NCBI GenBank assembly: GCA_951406725.2
Contig: OX597815.1
Location: 13,454,001-13,518,000 of the forward strand
Length of the DNA: 64,000 nucleotides
DNA from: Octopus vulgaris
Taxonomy: Eukaryota
Direction of reading: 5' to 3'
The first letter of the stretch is position 1. Every line of letters begins with the position of its first letter. Of the stretch, positions 11,325 through 22,744 are shown piece by piece. The translations under genes and the position numbers were made by a program. The notes below the pieces were generated by a model. It was not told the origin of the DNA, searched no databases, and saw nothing but the letters and a program-made list of their open reading frames with translations.

Positions 11325-11566
11325 TATGTGTGTATGAGTGTGTGTTTGAGTGTGTGCGCGTAATTATTTCTTGGGTAGTGTTTGGTGATGCAATTCAAAT
11401 TCTTTTTTGTCTTCTTAGTTTTTCAATGTCTATTGCCTTGTTACATCTTATTCCGTTATCAATTAATTTTGTTGTAGTTTTTGGAGTGTTTATCTTTGAG
11501 CTAAAAACTCGAAACTTTTGAACGTGTCTATCGTATGCAATTAAACCATATAACATTTTCCTTATC

Positions 11567-11654
<88 letters not shown>

Positions 11655-11732
11655 ATTGAGTTGTGGGGTATCGCACGAGTGGGATTATATAAGAAAAAAG
11701 GTTTGAAAATGCAATTTAAACGATGTTTATTT

Positions 11733-11773
11733 ACTTAACCGGTTTCACTCTTTGGTAAAAGATTGTCAAAAGT
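11733..11773 (-). ncRNA. Hammerhead-like motif with U3-A8 core, left arm
   Basis: Minus strand reads ACUU UUGACAA UCUUU uacc AAAGA gu GAAA CCGG UU AAGU. Confidence 0.55.
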
Positions 11774-11787
11774 TACATTTAAGGAAA

Positions 11788-12016
11788 CATTGAATAATAT
11801 GGGTTCAAAAAAAGTTTTTTACATAATTGTCACATTGAATATTATGCATTCAAAAAAGTTTTTTACATAATTGTCACATTGGATATTATGGGTTCAAAAA
11901 AGTTTTTTACATAATTGTCACATTGAATATTATGCATTCAAAAAAGTTTTTTACATAATTGTCACATTGGATATTATGAATTCAAAAATGTTTTTTTATA
12001 CATAATTGTCACATTA
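11788..12016. repeat. 39-40 bp minisatellite, about 5 units, mirrored at about 13270-13500
   Basis: Unit cattgRatattatgNNttcaaaaaagttttttacataattgtca with alternating gg/ca variants. Confidence 0.95.
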
Positions 12017-12577
12017 TTTGGGAAAATTTGGCAGAAAAGGATAAAACAAATATATTATTGGGAATTGGTTGCGTTAATTATTGGTTGTCGCAAATTGTCA
12101 CATTACATGTATATATATACAATCTTTGGTATATATATACAGCGTTTTGACAGCAAAAATTAAAATGGCTTTTTTGTACATCTCAGAATATTTTAAGTAT
12201 GTTTTTACTGACCTGTCAGTATTAGCAGAAAGGCTGAACTGAGAGAACAGAAGAAGTAGCCAATGTGGTGTATACTTCCCCTTTATGCATGAATGATTTT
12301 GGGGTTATCAGGAGGTTAGTATGCGGGTGTGAATAGATGTGTCCGTGCCTGCTGGTCAGACAGCGTCTGCTTGTCACACACATATATATACACACAAACA
12401 CACACACACACAACAACACACACACACACACACATAGTATACAAACACACACCACATACAAACAACACACACACACACAGAACACACACACCCACACACA
12501 ACGCACCCACATATATCACATATTATAACATGTATCTATATATAACATACACAGATATATAACACACATACACACAC

Positions 12578-12608
<31 letters not shown>

Positions 12609-13514
12609 CACACGCACACATACATACATAATATAAATATCACACAAATACACCTAGCATATATATACACACATACAATACACACATACAGCATGTAAGT
12701 AATATATATACACAATATATGCATGCAATATACATACGTAATACATATATATAATATATATATATATATAGACAATGCATATACATATATACACATATAC
12801 ATATAAATAGTGTTTACATACACATACATAGATGTACCACATATACACACAACACACATACATACAATGCATACACATACACATACGCATACATATAATA
12901 TATATATACACACACACACAAATAAGATACATACACACACAATGCATACATATATATACACGCAATGCATATACATGTATTCATGCACATATAGCACATT
13001 AGAGTATAGAAGTATACACCACATTGGCTACTTCTTCTGTTCTCTCAGTTCAGCCTTTCTGCTAATACTGACAGGTCAGTAAAAACATACTTAAAATATT
13101 CTGAGATGTACAAAAAAGCCATTTTAATTTTTGCTGTCAAAACGCTGTATATATATACCAAAGATTGTATATATATACATGTAATGTGACAATTTGCGAC
13201 AACCAATAATTAACGCAACCAATTCCCAATAATATATTTGTTTTATCCTTTTCTGCCAAATTTTCCCAAATAATGTGACAATTATGTATAAAAAAACATT
13301 TTTGAATTCATAATATCCAATGTGACAATTATGTAAAAAACTTTTTTGAATGCATAATATTCAATGTGACAATTATGTAAAAAACTTTTTTTGAACCCAT
13401 AATATCCAATGTGACAATTATGTAAAAAACTTTTTTGAATGCATAATATTCAATGTGACAATTATGTAAAAAACTTTTTTTGAACCCATATTATTCAATG
13501 TTTCCTTAAATGTA

Positions 13515-13555
13515 ACTTTTGACAATCTTTTACCAAAGAGTGAAACCGGTTAAGT
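13515..13555 (+). ncRNA. Hammerhead-like motif with U3-A8 core, right arm
   Basis: Reverse-complement copy of 11733-11773. Confidence 0.55.
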
Positions 13556-13596
13556 AAATAAACATCGTTTAAATTGCATTTTCAAACCTTTTTTCT

Positions 13597-13643
<47 letters not shown>

Positions 13644-13645
13644 CT

Positions 13646-13950
13646 GTGGAGGCGCAATGGCCTAGTGTTTAGGGCAGCGGACTCGCGGTCGCAGGATCGC
13701 GGTTTCGTTTCCCAGACCGGGCGTTGTGAGTGTTTATTGAGCGGAAACACCTAAAAGCTCGACGAGGCTCCGGCAGGAGGTGGTGATCCCTGCTGTACTC
13801 TTTCACCACACTTTCTCCCACTCTTTCTTCTGTTGGCCTGGTCGCTTAGCCAGCGGGGTGGCGTCATTCGAAGGCTAAAACAATGCGAACGCATTGTGAC
13901 TAGCGATGTGTAACAACATCTGATGGGCTGGTCGGTCTCGTGATCCCGTG
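13646..13950 (+). mobile_element. tRNA-derived SINE family B, alternative 3' tail
   Basis: gtggaggcgcaatggcctagtg (A box)..ggtttcgtttccc (B box). Body matches the 16499 copy to about 13830, then diverges. Confidence 0.9.
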
Positions 13951-13984
13951 ATATATATATATATTATGATTATTATTGTTGGTG

Positions 13985-14960
13985 GTGTTGTTGTACATTT
14001 TAGAATTTGTTGTTTTGCCGTGAAAGACGGTTTCGATATATGTGTCTTTTCCAATGACGTAATGCTCATGAAGCGAAGAGGATGTTTCAGTTGCGAAATG
14101 TTTATTAAATTTATGCTAATAATTTGGGGTTTCAAACCATCAAGTTGTTGAAGTCCATGGTTCCACAGAATAAGTAACTTTTTCCGGTTTTCTAACAGAT
14201 ATCTTTAAAATCCGACGCCGTACATTATTCATGTTTTAACTTGTATTTATGCCACGACTAAATCGCAATATGGTTGGGAAAAACCTCGTCTGTATCTTGC
14301 AGGGCCTCGAAAGACAAGCATTTATCGTGAAATTTTCAGTCCCTTCTAGAGTACTTAGATTGATGCCATTACTGTACTTCTTGAACTTTTGTAAGCCAAC
14401 ACCACCAGAAAAGAAACGAACAATGACGGATGTCCTGACCACCGATGATCTAGAGAGGTAGAATAGGAGTGAGTGATTAACATGTAGCTCGAAGTGTTAG
14501 ACGCAATAAATGACGATGGGATGAAGAGTGTCCACCTGTATTAGAGTTTTTGATGCAAGTGGAAGGAGCCAAATCAGTTACAAAATTTTGAAGCTGTTAT
14601 AGTTGTGTTTTAAACGGTATAAATTAGAGTCCGAGACTCAGTGTGAGGTGGAAGAGTACATGTGAGTGAATTTTCACAGATAGACATCATGGTCATTTTC
14701 TGGATGTCCTCTGATATATCTGTCTACGTTCCAACAATGCCATTGCTGTTGCAGAGGTGAGAGCAATGTTGTGGTGAGGACTCATCTGAACATTACGGAG
14801 GATCGATAAATTTGAAAGGAGGAAAAACCTTCTAACTGTGAAAGATGAGAGGGTTAGATGCGACCCGAACTGTTAAAGAGCAGCTTTCGATGCATTAATT
14901 CACTCAGGAGATAATTCTTTTGATCGAACAACTGAGCGTTTATGGTAAAAACTGACGGAG
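13985..14960 (-). pseudogene. Possible highly decayed reverse transcriptase remnant (Penelope-like?)
   Basis: Only scattered words (SNGIVG, KFTH, LSLGL*FIP, SLHP); weak. Confidence 0.25.
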
Positions 14961-16498
14961 ATCCATTTATTTAACAGTAACAGAGAGAGAGAGTGAGAGA
15001 GAGTGTGTGCTTTTGTGTGAGTGTGTGAGTGTGTGAGTGAAGTGTATATCTTTCTCTGAATGTACGTGAGAGATAGATATGTACAGGAACCGAGAATGTA
15101 ACAATGAGAAAGTTAAAAAACGTGGAAGGGGGAAATGTGAGCGAGTAATTCTGAAATGTAAATGTAATCTTCTCTGCAGACTTTGCCTCAGGAAGTGTTA
15201 CTACAAGAAAATGACGTAAAAACGCGCCAGCAGAATCCGATGCAAACAACCTCAGTTTTGTTGACTGCTAAGATAAAGCAATGAGAAGCCTCATATTTAT
15301 CAAAGAGGATTAATGAGATTAGGAGATGCGCCTGTCTTTCTTGCAGGCGTTTCAAATGTTAATGTAGTGGAATTTTTCGAACTGCTTGTCTAGACAGAAT
15401 CATGAACACGGATTATCTACGTTACTATTAGAAAATTACATATGTAAATATAGTGAAGATACAACAGGCAAATATAAACGGTAAGGTGGAATGGTGAATT
15501 ATAGTCCCATGTTTCGCATCCTGTTCTTGACGTTACATTATAATTTAAAACCAAGAAAGATGTATTCCGACTATCCAATCCATTCTGTTGCAAATAAATG
15601 GTAGCAGCACGAGGCGGCAACCTGTACATGGTTCCTAGATGTGCTAGAAGTAGCAAAGGAATACATATCTCTCATATATAACTCAATCGCTTAAACATAT
15701 ATTTAGGACAAGCCGGATTATACGGTCCAAGTTACATGATGCATAGATAAATACAAGATTGTTACAGGTTTTAAAAAAAACATGATTATACATGTGTTGG
15801 GTCATGATAAAGTGGAGGATATAAAGCTAGTCAAGATATGCCGATCCTGAATAAGTTAGGGATACCCTATCAGGACGGAATTGTGCATAAACATATCCAA
15901 TATCAATTAGACTAGTGAATATAGAAGTGCTAATGAAACAGTTGTTTTTAAGTGCCGCGGGTATTGTATAATATAGTGATTCAAACATTTGCCCTTCAAA
16001 ACACTGTGTGTTTATGTACTGAAATATTGCATTGTACAGACAAATTTCTTGTGTCGTTCGTGGTTGTATGAGTATTTTCTAGTATGATACTGGCATTGTG
16101 TATAATGTTTTGTGAGTTACTACAAGTGTTTCATCAGTTCAGTGATTTTTATGTCTCATTCCATGTAGTTTATGATTTTTCTTTTCGGATGTCGTACATA
16201 TTGTTGGTTAAGATTTAACCTTGGCTGTGTTCTTGTTTGTTGCAGTGTGTGCAGCTTTGAAGTTTTTTTATGACAGTGGAGGTAGCTTGGGGAGAATTTT
16301 TCGCTGCTTTTATACTCCTTCCAAGCTGATTCACTTAAATTCTCCCAAATATTATGAGGATCGATTTGTTTTGTTTATTATGACTATTTCCCCGTTTCAT
16401 GTTACAACGCTCATTTTACAGGACGTAAGCTTTGATACACGGGATTGATTTTAGTTTTTCTTGAAACTTTGTTCGTCACACTTGCTCTACGTTCTGGG

Positions 16499-16893
16499 GT
16501 GGAGGCGCAATGGCCCAGTGGTTAGGGCAGCGGACTCGCGGTCATAGGATCGCGGTTTCGATTCCCAGACCGGGCGTTGTGAGTGTTTATTGAGCGAAAA
16601 CACCTAAAAAGCTCCACGAGGCTCCGGCAGGGGATGGTGGTGATCCCTGCTGTACTCTTTCAGAACAACTTTCTTTCACTCTTACTTCCTGTTTCTGTTG
16701 TACCTGTATTTCAAGGGGCCGGCCTTGTCACTCTCTGTGTCACGCTGAATATACCCGAGAACTACGTTAAGGGTGCACGTGTCTGTGGAGTGCTCAGCCA
16801 CTTACACGTTAATTTCACGAGCAGGCTGTTCCGTTGATTCGGATCAACCCGAACCCTCATCATGGTAACCGACGGAGTGCTTCCATCCATCCA
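16499..16893 (+). mobile_element. SINE family B, full length
   Basis: A/B boxes, (ccat)n tail and a 12-bp flanking duplication tctacRttctgg. Confidence 0.93.
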
Positions 16894-17210
16894 TCTACAT
16901 TCTGGCATTATCTCTTATAGTGTTTCTCTTGGTAGCTCCACACGAAGAGCAATGCAACTCATATTCTTTAGTTTGCCTTAGTTTATCCTCTCAACGATGT
17001 TGTCTCTGTTGCTGTTGCTTTCATTTTTTGTGGCTGCTGTTTATTTAACTGCAGTTCTTTTCCTGTAAATATAATATATGCAGATAGTTTGTGTCACCAC
17101 ATAAGAATCAACGTGGGCCGGCATTCAACTGCCACAAACATTTGCTAGCTACCAAATAGAATGGTTAGGTCTTACTTAATCTCTTTTGCTTAATAGGTTT
17201 ATACTTCTAA

Positions 17211-17642
17211 AGGCGGCGAGCTGACAGAAACGTAAGCCCGCCGGGCGAAATTCTTAGCGGTATTTCGTCTGCTGGTACGTTCTGAGTTCAAATTCCGCCG
17301 AGGTCGACTTTGCCTTTCATCCTTTCGGGGTCGATAAATTAAGTACCAGTTATGCACTGGGGTTGATGTAATCAGCTTAATCTGTTTGTCTGCCCTTGTT
17401 TGTCCCCTCTATGTTTAGCCCCTTGTGGGCAATAAAGAAATAAGGCACCTTAGTACGTCGAGCGAAATGCTTAGTAGTATTTCGTCTATATTTACGTTTT
17501 GAGATCAAATTCCGCCGAGGTCGACTCCGCCTTTCAACCTTTCAGATTCGATTGCTTACGAACCAGTTGCGCACTGGGGTCGATCTAACTGACTGCCCCC
17601 ATCTCCCCCAAAATGTCGGGCCGTTTGCCTAGAGTAGAAAAA
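17211..17642 (+). mobile_element. Two adjacent SINE family A copies, tail type 1 then tail type 2
   Basis: aggcggcgagctgacagaaacg..gttcaaattcc..gtgggcaataaagaaata, then a second body ending gcctagagtagaaa. Confidence 0.9.
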
Positions 17643-18572
17643 ATAATTTAATCCTGCAACCGGATCTATATGTCTCCTACAGCATGTAGATTTGCAATAT
17701 ATTTGATCTTCGTCTACCATATCAAACAAAACGACAGTTACGACTAGTACTCATCTAAATCTAATAGCACATCGATCGGTTATATTTTTATGAATCTATA
17801 ACCGCAGTACGTCAGTGTGCGGAATCGTTCACCAATTTGGTGTTGGGGAATTGTTACGTAATGCTTTGTGAACTACCTCTCCATTGTAAATCTTACTTCT
17901 ACTGTGCCTAAAATCCTCTTTCAGTCTCTGCGATATTTCCTGTTCCAGATTGACAATAGACTCTCCCTTCTCTTGGTTTGTGTTATTTGCTACACTTTTC
18001 TAGAAGCCAGCTCCATACAGCTATATATAATAGATATTCACGTACGGCCTCTTGGTATTTTTGCGGAAGTTTTAAGGATAATGTTCTTCTAATCTTTGTC
18101 TAGAAAATGTTTGTGATTTTTCAAATCCTGAGCTGACAAAGATATTAACATGCGTGAGGGAAAAAACTCTAAATATATGGTTTAACAAGCTCAATAAAGG
18201 CGGTATTAATGGTGTTGGCTTCAATGTCGGTGGTACTAGTGGTGGGAATTTTGATGGTTGCGTTGATTCTAATATTTGGGTGTTGCTGTTGCTGTTCATT
18301 TTTCTATTTTGGTCATTTTCATCAGCTTAATCTTCCTCTTCTTTACTTTTATCGTCACCGTCGTCATCAGCGATTTATTTGCTGCCATCACTGTTATTTA
18401 ATGCATCTTTGGTGGTGCAAGTGGTTATGGGGTTAATAATGCTGCAGTTCGTCTTACCGCCAGTTCTTTCATTTTGCTGACGTTGTTGTTACAATTGCTC
18501 TTCCTTTGGCTTGGTTTTGTTGTACGTTTATTTCAGTGGCAGGTCATTGTTTTCTTTACTATTGTTGTTGCT

Positions 18573-18948
18573 GTGGAGGCACAATGGCCCAGTGGTAAGG
18601 GCAGTGGACTCGCGGTTTCGATTCCCAGACCGGGCGTTGTGAGTGTTTATTGAGCGAAAACACCTAAAAGCTCCACGAGGCTCCGGCAGGGGATGGTGGT
18701 GATCCCTGCTGTACTCTTTCACCACAACTTTCTCTCACTCTTACTTCCTGTTTCTGTTGTACCTGTATTTCAAAAGGGCCGGCCTTGTCACTCTCTGTGT
18801 CACGCTGAATATCCCCGAGAACTACGTTAACGGTACACGTGTCTGTGGAGTGCTCAGCCACTTGCACGTTAATTTCACGAGCAGGCTGTTCCGTTGATTC
18901 GGATCAACCGGAACCCTCGTCGTCGTAACCGACGGAGTGCTTCCACCA
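18573..18948 (+). mobile_element. SINE family B
   Basis: Near-identical to the 16499 copy, with a short deletion between two cgcggt words in the head. Confidence 0.93.
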
Positions 18949-19174
18949 CTTTAGAGATACAAACAGAAGAACAACAACATTGATTCTCGTATTTTTAATA
19001 CTTGTATTTGTTGAGGAAGAATCGAATTGGTATTATTTTTGGGGGGACCTGGAAGAAATTGACAGAAACATTATCATGTTATTAGCCGTGTTAGATAATA
19101 AAGAAAATGTCATTATCATCATTATCATTATCGTTATGTTTATTATATAACCGAAATCTTCATTGGTGTTATTA

Positions 19175-19395
19175 AGGCGACGAGCTGGCAGAATCGTTAG
19201 TGCACATGCCGAAGTCTTAGCGGTGTTTCACCCGTCGCTACATTCTGCGATCAAATTCTGCCGACGTCGAATTTGCATTTCAACCTTTCGTGTTCGATTA
19301 ATAAAGTACCAGTTGAATACTGGGGTTGATGAAATCGACACACCACTACCCCAAGACCAATACCTTTTTGGTAAAATTTGAACCATTATCATTGA
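19175..19395 (+). mobile_element. SINE family A, decayed
   Basis: aggcgacgagctggcagaatcgttag..aagtaccagttgaatactggggttgat. Confidence 0.8.
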
Positions 19396-19719
19396 TAGCA
19401 TGTTGTCACCTTCATGTGACAGTCCCATAAAAGGAAAGAATGCTACTGTTATTTAGTCATAGGAAACACCATTTCCTCTTGGACTTGGCATATTTCCTGT
19501 GTCCTTATGTTTGCAAAGTGGAGACAAGCACCTCCTTCCAGCAAAATCAGCAACCAGAGACTAGTTTCAGAATCGTTGCTCATCATCAGTAGCATGGCCT
19601 GCTAGGATAATTCTTTATTAGAGGCACAAGGCCTAAACACAATGGGGACATACACAGACATGCGGGAACAAAGAACACATGAAGGAATGAATGCAAAATG
19701 AATGAAATCATAATGAAAA

Positions 19720-20420
19720 TGAGACGGCTGTCTCGGTCCCCCTCCGAGATGAGACCGTGATTTCCTTTTTCCTTTAAAACTTAACATTTTAAATAACAAT
19801 TCCCAGCCCCGCTCTGAGGCGAAACCGCGAAGTCTTTTTGGTTTTGTTTTTTGTTTTTCTTTTCATCTTACTATTTTAGAGAAAACTGTTTAAACAAATG
19901 TTCCTTCAATAGTTACGGTATTTAATTATCAGACGTGTTTTTGATTTCCTTTTTTTTTCTATTGTTGGTTGAGTTGTTTTGTGCTGCTTTGTGACGGTTT
20001 TGCAGTATGACGCTGCCGTTATTTAGTGAGCGGTGCTGAGATGGAGAAAATGAAGCCATGTGCGACGGCGACGGGAATCGAACTTCCGTCATCCCAGGCC
20101 TGCTGAAGCAATACGAAATGCGCTGGAATGAAGACATGGCTAAGAAATTTGGAAAATAACTGGGGATGGTACAGTAGAGGGGCCAAATATAAAGTTGACC
20201 CCATCAGAGGAAGAAAAGCCGAAAATGGAAACTGAGGTGGTGGAATATAGATCGTTTTCAAGGAGAAATAAAAGAAGGGAGAGCGCAACGAAGGAGGATG
20301 TGGAGGAGTGTTTGAAGGAATTGAAAGATGTGTCGTTTTTCACAAGAGGCAAGACATACGCGTCTGTAGAGATCACATTTGTATCAGAGGAAGCAGCAAG
20401 GAAATACGCCAATAAGACCT
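19720..20420 (+). mobile_element. Probable LINE 5' fragment: UTR plus broken ORF1 N-terminus (L1/Tx1-like?)
   Basis: Purine-rich, coding-like segment ATKEDVEECLKELKDVSFFTRGKTYASVEITFVSEEAARKY (RRM-like pattern) after a T-rich leader; ends abruptly. Confidence 0.4.
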
Positions 20421-20896
20421 CTCGGGGTCTTACGATAAGGAGGCGAGATGGATGTTAATGGAAAAAGATAAGTATAGAAAGTTAAAAGAGGCTTTCTCAT
20501 CAGATATTAACTCACTGGTGCCCGAGGTGAATTTCGAACCCAGCTCTCCAGTGGTAAAATATGAGGTAATTAAGAACTATATAAAATGGTGAGTAGAGTT
20601 TTATTTTGAAAAGAACTGTTGAGATAATTTTGAAAATTTGTCATCGGAGCATTGGGTTCAATACAAGCCAAACTGAAAATAAATCTGAAAACATTAGAAA
20701 TACCCTACAATCTAGAAGTATTGCAAAAGTCAGCCTAACTTGGAACTGCAGGCATATTATGTAAAGTACTGTTTATCCGAGGTCCCTATTGTAACTTGAC
20801 AGACATAAACAAATCCCCGGTACACACATTATCTTCAACCAACCTCACGATATTGTAAACTGTGCGACGACAATAATAATAAAAGTAATAAAAATG

Positions 20897-21100
20897 TGAG
20901 CTTGCAAACTCGCTAGCACCCCAGATAAAATGCTTAGTGGTAATTTATCCGTCTTCGCGTTTTGAATTTCCGCCGAGGTAGACGTTGCCTTTCATATCTT
21001 CGAGGTCGATTATATAAGAACCAGTTACCCACTAATGTCGATGTTATCGACTTTCTGCCTCCCACTACATTTTCAGGACTTGTGGTTATTGTAGAAAGGA
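20897..21100 (+). mobile_element. SINE family A, decayed
   Basis: aaatgcttagtggta..aatttccgccgaggtagacgttgcctttcat..attgtagaaagga. Confidence 0.8.
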
Positions 21101-21101
21101 T

Positions 21102-21102
21102 G

Positions 21103-21138
<36 letters not shown>

Positions 21139-21220
21139 GTTATTGTTGTTGTCGCTGTTATTATTATTATTATTATTATCATTATTGTTATTGTTATTGT
21201 TATTATCATCATCATCATTG

Positions 21221-21251
<31 letters not shown>

Positions 21252-21270
21252 CATCATCATCATCATTATC
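21102..21270. repeat. Degenerate (ATT/GTT/ATC)n microsatellite
   Basis: Read directly. Confidence 0.95.
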
Positions 21271-22062
21271 AATGAATTTGCACGGTTTCTAACGTTGGAG
21301 ATGTACTACACTGACAGCTGTTCACTACCAGTTAAGTAAGATAACTCGTTTTATTTTCCGAGCACCTTCCGGAGTATTCGAGCAGTTTTAAGCAGTGCTG
21401 ATTTCTGCAAGTGCTCCAGCTTATTGCAGTCCCTATTTGTTCAACGTACTTATCGAGATTTTTGCTCACAGCTTCCAGGGTTCCGACAATTACTGGTACT
21501 ACTGCTACCTCTTTCATCGACCACAACTACTTAACTTCCCAAGCTAACCTGTCATATCTATCGACTATTCTTTCTTCCTTATCTCATAGCGTGTTGTCAG
21601 CTGGGCATGCTATATCTGTGATCCAGCATAGTTTATGTTCATTCTCAATTAAGACTATGTCTGGCTTCCTTTTATCTATCTCATAGTCGTATTGAATGAC
21701 AAAATCCTATAGGACCTTTCCATTTCTAGTTTCGATGATGCCTTTCAGGTTTGTGGTCGTACCAATCTTTTGCCATGTCAAGTCCATATTTGTTGCAGAG
21801 TGTCCAATGGAGAAACCTGGCTATATTGTTGTGGCGTCTCTGATATTCTTTCTGGGCTAATGGCGTACATTGACTGGTAATATGCCATACGGTTTCAGCG
21901 TTTGGTCCACATATTCTGCACATATCACTTTCTACCGAGTTGTCTATTTTGTATTTTATGTAGTTTGTTCTTAGTGCTTGCTCTTGGGCAGCACAGATTG
22001 GAGCCTCGGATTCCGGTTTTAAATCAATTTTAGTCATCCACAGCCACCTTTTCTTCTCATCA
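21271..22062 (-). mobile_element. Second R4/Dong-like RLE retrotransposon 3' fragment, divergent and frameshifted
   Basis: ICAAQEQALRTNY, CCHC motif CRICG..ETVWHITSQC, YQRRHNNIA..LHW.LC..YG, KPDIV..IDIACP and VVPVIVGTL. Confidence 0.88.
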
Positions 22063-22479
22063 ACAACAACATCATCAGTAAGGTGGTGAACTGGCAGAAT
22101 CACCAGTGTGCCGAGCAAATGCTCAGTGGTGTTCTGTCTATAATTTCTGAATTGAAATATGCACCAATCAAGTACATCACACGAGGAAATTGTCTATCCT
22201 CTGCCCATACATGGCAGGTATTGTGCCTATATTAGAAAGGTATATGTCAACTATTATTAAATGTACATCTAATTTTCTTTACATATAAATTTTCTTGTAC
22301 TAATCAATGCGGACGGTTAACATCACTTTCATTATATATGAATGTCAACTTAATCCACAGTTGATACTCTCGAATTCTTCAGTTTTCCTTTCTTTATGCC
22401 TTTTCGCTAATTTTTAAATCTTATCATCTGCCATTATTTACGTGTATAACAACATTTTACTGCAGCAACAGATTTGGAT

Positions 22480-22744
22480 CTGGAGGCGCGTGGCTTAGTG
22501 GTTAGGGTGTCAGCATCGTGATCGTAAGATTGTGGTTTCGATTCCTGGACCGGGCAACGTTTTGTGTTCTTGAGCAAAACACTTCATTTCAATTTGCTCC
22601 TTTCCACTCAGCTGGCACAAATGAGTAACGCTGCGATGGACCGGCTTCCCGCCCAGCTGGGGAACACAAATGCCATTGAAACCGGGAAACCGGGCCCATG
22701 AACATGGCTAGGCTTTAAAAGGGGGCATTTATTTTTTATTTATT
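22480..22744 (+). mobile_element. tRNA-derived SINE family C
   Basis: gtggcttagtgg (A box), ggtttcgattcc (B box), cttgagcaaaacactt core, and a 13-bp duplication aacagatttggat at 22467 and 22745. Confidence 0.9.

Larger units (their letters stand above)
11686..13602. repeat. Near-perfect inverted repeat: arms 11686-12278 and 13009-13602, 730-bp spacer
   Basis: Arms are reverse complements; one homopolymer-length difference noticed by eye. The spacer is mostly degenerate CA/TA repeat. Confidence 0.97.

Noticed and set aside
11788-12016. 39-40 bp repeats as a CRISPR array
   Set aside because: Head-to-tail units without unique spacers; no cas genes; eukaryotic context.
15950-16480. Possible decayed LINE ORF1 zinc knuckle on the minus strand
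   Set aside because: The Cys/His pattern appears only by mixing frames.
16499-16575. tRNA gene (also other SINE heads)
   Set aside because: tRNA-like A/B boxes run into a repeated SINE body with target-site duplications; no proper acceptor stem.
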